The translations under genes and the position numbers were made by a program. DNA of 64,000 nucleotides. Origin: Centroscyllium fabricii. Its lineage: Eukaryota. The DNA is taken from contig JBNRSN020000028.1 in NCBI GenBank assembly GCA_051313645.2, positions 15,128,001 to 15,192,000 on the forward strand, in the 5' to 3' direction. The notes under the pieces were generated by a model. The model ran no database searches. It was not told the DNA's origin and saw nothing but the letters and a program-made list of their open reading frames with translations. Shown here piece by piece: positions 62,237 to 64,000 of the stretch (within the stretch, counting starts at the first letter, position 1; each line of letters begins with the position of its first letter).

Positions 62237-62275
62237 AGTTTTTGTACAGGTCCAGCCCAGCTCCGTGTCTCTGTG
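62237..62275 (-). other. 23-RSS of V segment C3
   Basis: CACAGAG, 23 bp, ACAAAAACT. Spacer identical to that of C2. Confidence 0.88.
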
Positions 62276-63166
62276 GGGCCCAGAGCGCAGTAATACACCG
62301 CGGAGTCTGTCAGTTGTGTTTCAGACACATTCAGCGGGACAGTTCGGCTCGAATCATTGAGCTTCGCTGAGAAACGGTTCCCTGAAATTCTTCCTTCGTT
62401 GTTGCTGTATCTGGTTCTCTGCAGCAGATACTCTATGGATCCGCTGGGATACTGACGGTACCAGTATAGTTCAGGAGTGTTGGTGCTTGTAGCTGTATAA
62501 TTACAGTGCAACTGAACATCGTCTCCTTCACTGACTGTGGTTGCAGCCGGTGTCTGTGAAACGGAGTCTCCTCGACAATGTCCTGCAAGAGCCCAGAGTG
62601 ATATTAAATTAAACAATGTCACTTCACCATGTCTATCCCCCAGAATCAGCCCGTCACCCCCAACACTTACCTGAGAATTAAACCTGGGCAGTTCAACAGA
62701 AATACATTCCCCACAGCTCAGGGGCTGCAACTGAACCGTGTTTGGATCGACTGAATAAAAGTTCCTTTAATGAACCCTCAGCACCTTCCAAAGGGATCAG
62801 TTCCTCATCTTCACCTCTTGAGATTTGAAGGGTAAACTCCTCCCGGTCTGTGGGTTTAAGATGCGTGTGTCTGTCAATGTCCGTCATTGGCCCCGGCGGA
62901 GCGGGTCTGTCTGCCATTCGCCTGTAATCTCTACTCAACTCATCCGCCTTCATTCACTGAGGAGTTTGTCGAGTTTCCCCAAACTGTGTTCAGTGTTGAG
63001 TCAGATGGTTTTCTTCACTTCGGATCAACCTATTGATATTCTTGTGTTCAGGGAACTGATAGATTCAATAAAATGTACAGCATACAGATGTAAAACACGG
63101 TGTTGTGTAACTTGTGAACTTACCGGTTAAGAGAGCTGCAGATAAATAGAAAATAGCACCCAACAT
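62276..63166 (-). CDS. TRAV: TCR alpha/delta V segment, family C copy 3 (leader 63166-63124, V exon 62582-62276), apparently functional
   Basis: MLGAIFYLSAALLTGHCRGDSVSQTP...LHCNYTATSTNTPELYWYRQYP...DSAVYYCALG. Confidence 0.92.
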
Positions 63167-63582
63167 ATTTGCGGAGAGTTGATGGTGGATATGAACAGAA
63201 GGTTTGAAGCTGAAACTGTCTCATCAACAATTGGGAAGATGTTGAGTAATATCCGGTCTCTCTGCCGATTGGTGCGTTCCCGATAGAGTCAGCAGCTGAC
63301 ATCCAATCAGCTCTCGGCCCTTTGTTCTCCAATTCATCCAATCAATTTGTAGCTCCTTTGTTTTCTAATTCAGCCAATCAGCTCACAGCTCCTTTGTTCG
63401 CCATTTCATGAGGTCAGAGCGGGGAGCCGGGCACGGAGTGAAATTGCTCTTCAGACCTGGACGGAGATGGAACCCAATGTTCGCCCTTTAGCAGCGTCAG
63501 TCTGTGAGGTGAGAGCGGTGAAGGGCGGTGGTTAATGTTATTCTGGTATCAGAGCCGGAGACTCCCATCTAAACCAGACACC

Positions 63583-63618
63583 ATGCGCTCCCCATGTTTC
63601 TGCTGGTCGTGCTGCCCG
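63583..63618 (+). pseudogene. Orphan family-A leader exon, third copy
   Basis: ATGCGCTCCCCATGTTTC..GTGCTGCCCG|gtgagg plus the same CR1 fragment. Confidence 0.65.
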
Positions 63619-63962
63619 GTGAGGCTACGTTTTAAGGATCGTATGTATTTCATCCAGGTAAAGCTCCTCTGTACCGTCTCCAGGTCCTTGACATCCTTCC
63701 TAAGGTGTGATGCCCAGAATTGTACACAATAGGGAAATGGCAAAAGGGGAGTTAAGGTGCCATAGACATAATTTGTGAAGTTCATTTTTATTATCAACAC
63801 GAGTTTATATCACCGAAATATTGCGCCAGGAGTCCTGACCTGTAATTATTGAGGGTTGTGTTGTGTTTCTGTTTTCAGAGGGTCCCAGTGAAGGCTGAAT
63901 GGTCGCTGCTGTTTATCAGTGTGAGCGCCCTCTGGTGAGCACTGACTGGAACTCTCAGTCTG

Positions 63963-64000
63963 GGTTTTTGTCCGGGTTCCGCTGTAACTGCAGCAGTGTG
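63963..64000 (-). other. RSS (22-bp spacer) of a further family-A V segment lying beyond the right edge
   Basis: Near-identical to 800-837 (CACACTG, 22 bp, ACAAAAACC). Confidence 0.85.

Noticed and set aside
1-64000. NAR-TCR V, IgH-like V (TAILV), D, J or C segments
   Set aside because: All intact V exons have their own leader and TRAV/TRDV-type frameworks. I saw no 12-RSS, FGxG J motif or C1-domain exon.

Overview
Eukaryotic DNA, almost certainly from a cartilaginous fish (HE1-type V-SINEs, DeuSINEs, shark-type CR1 and Penelope-like repeats). It is part of the germline variable-segment array of a T-cell receptor alpha/delta locus. I find seven apparently intact leader+V+RSS segments in four families (838-1269 -, 2171-2653 -, 22502-22984 +, 23850-24281 +, 28662-29578 +, 42042-42546 -, 62276-63166 -), two more cut by the window edges, about seven V pseudogenes or relics, and several orphan leader exons, in mixed orientation. 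All well-formed RSSs have 22/23-bp spacers. I saw no D, J, C, IgH-type or NAR-type V segments. The dominant structure is an imperfect palindrome of about 25 kb (1 to ~25146) whose centre lies inside a decayed PIF/Harbinger transposon. There is also a direct repeat of the window start at the window end (~63.2 kb offset). About 40% of the window is tandem repeat (27-, 48- and 55-bp units). Other signals worth follow-up are CTCF-like motifs next to V promoters and RSSs, minimal hammerhead ribozymes in Penelope-like repeats, and CDR-focused differences between near-identical V paralogues. I cannot support a wholly new biological system from sequence alone. All alignments were done by eye, so coordinates of decayed elements are approximate.
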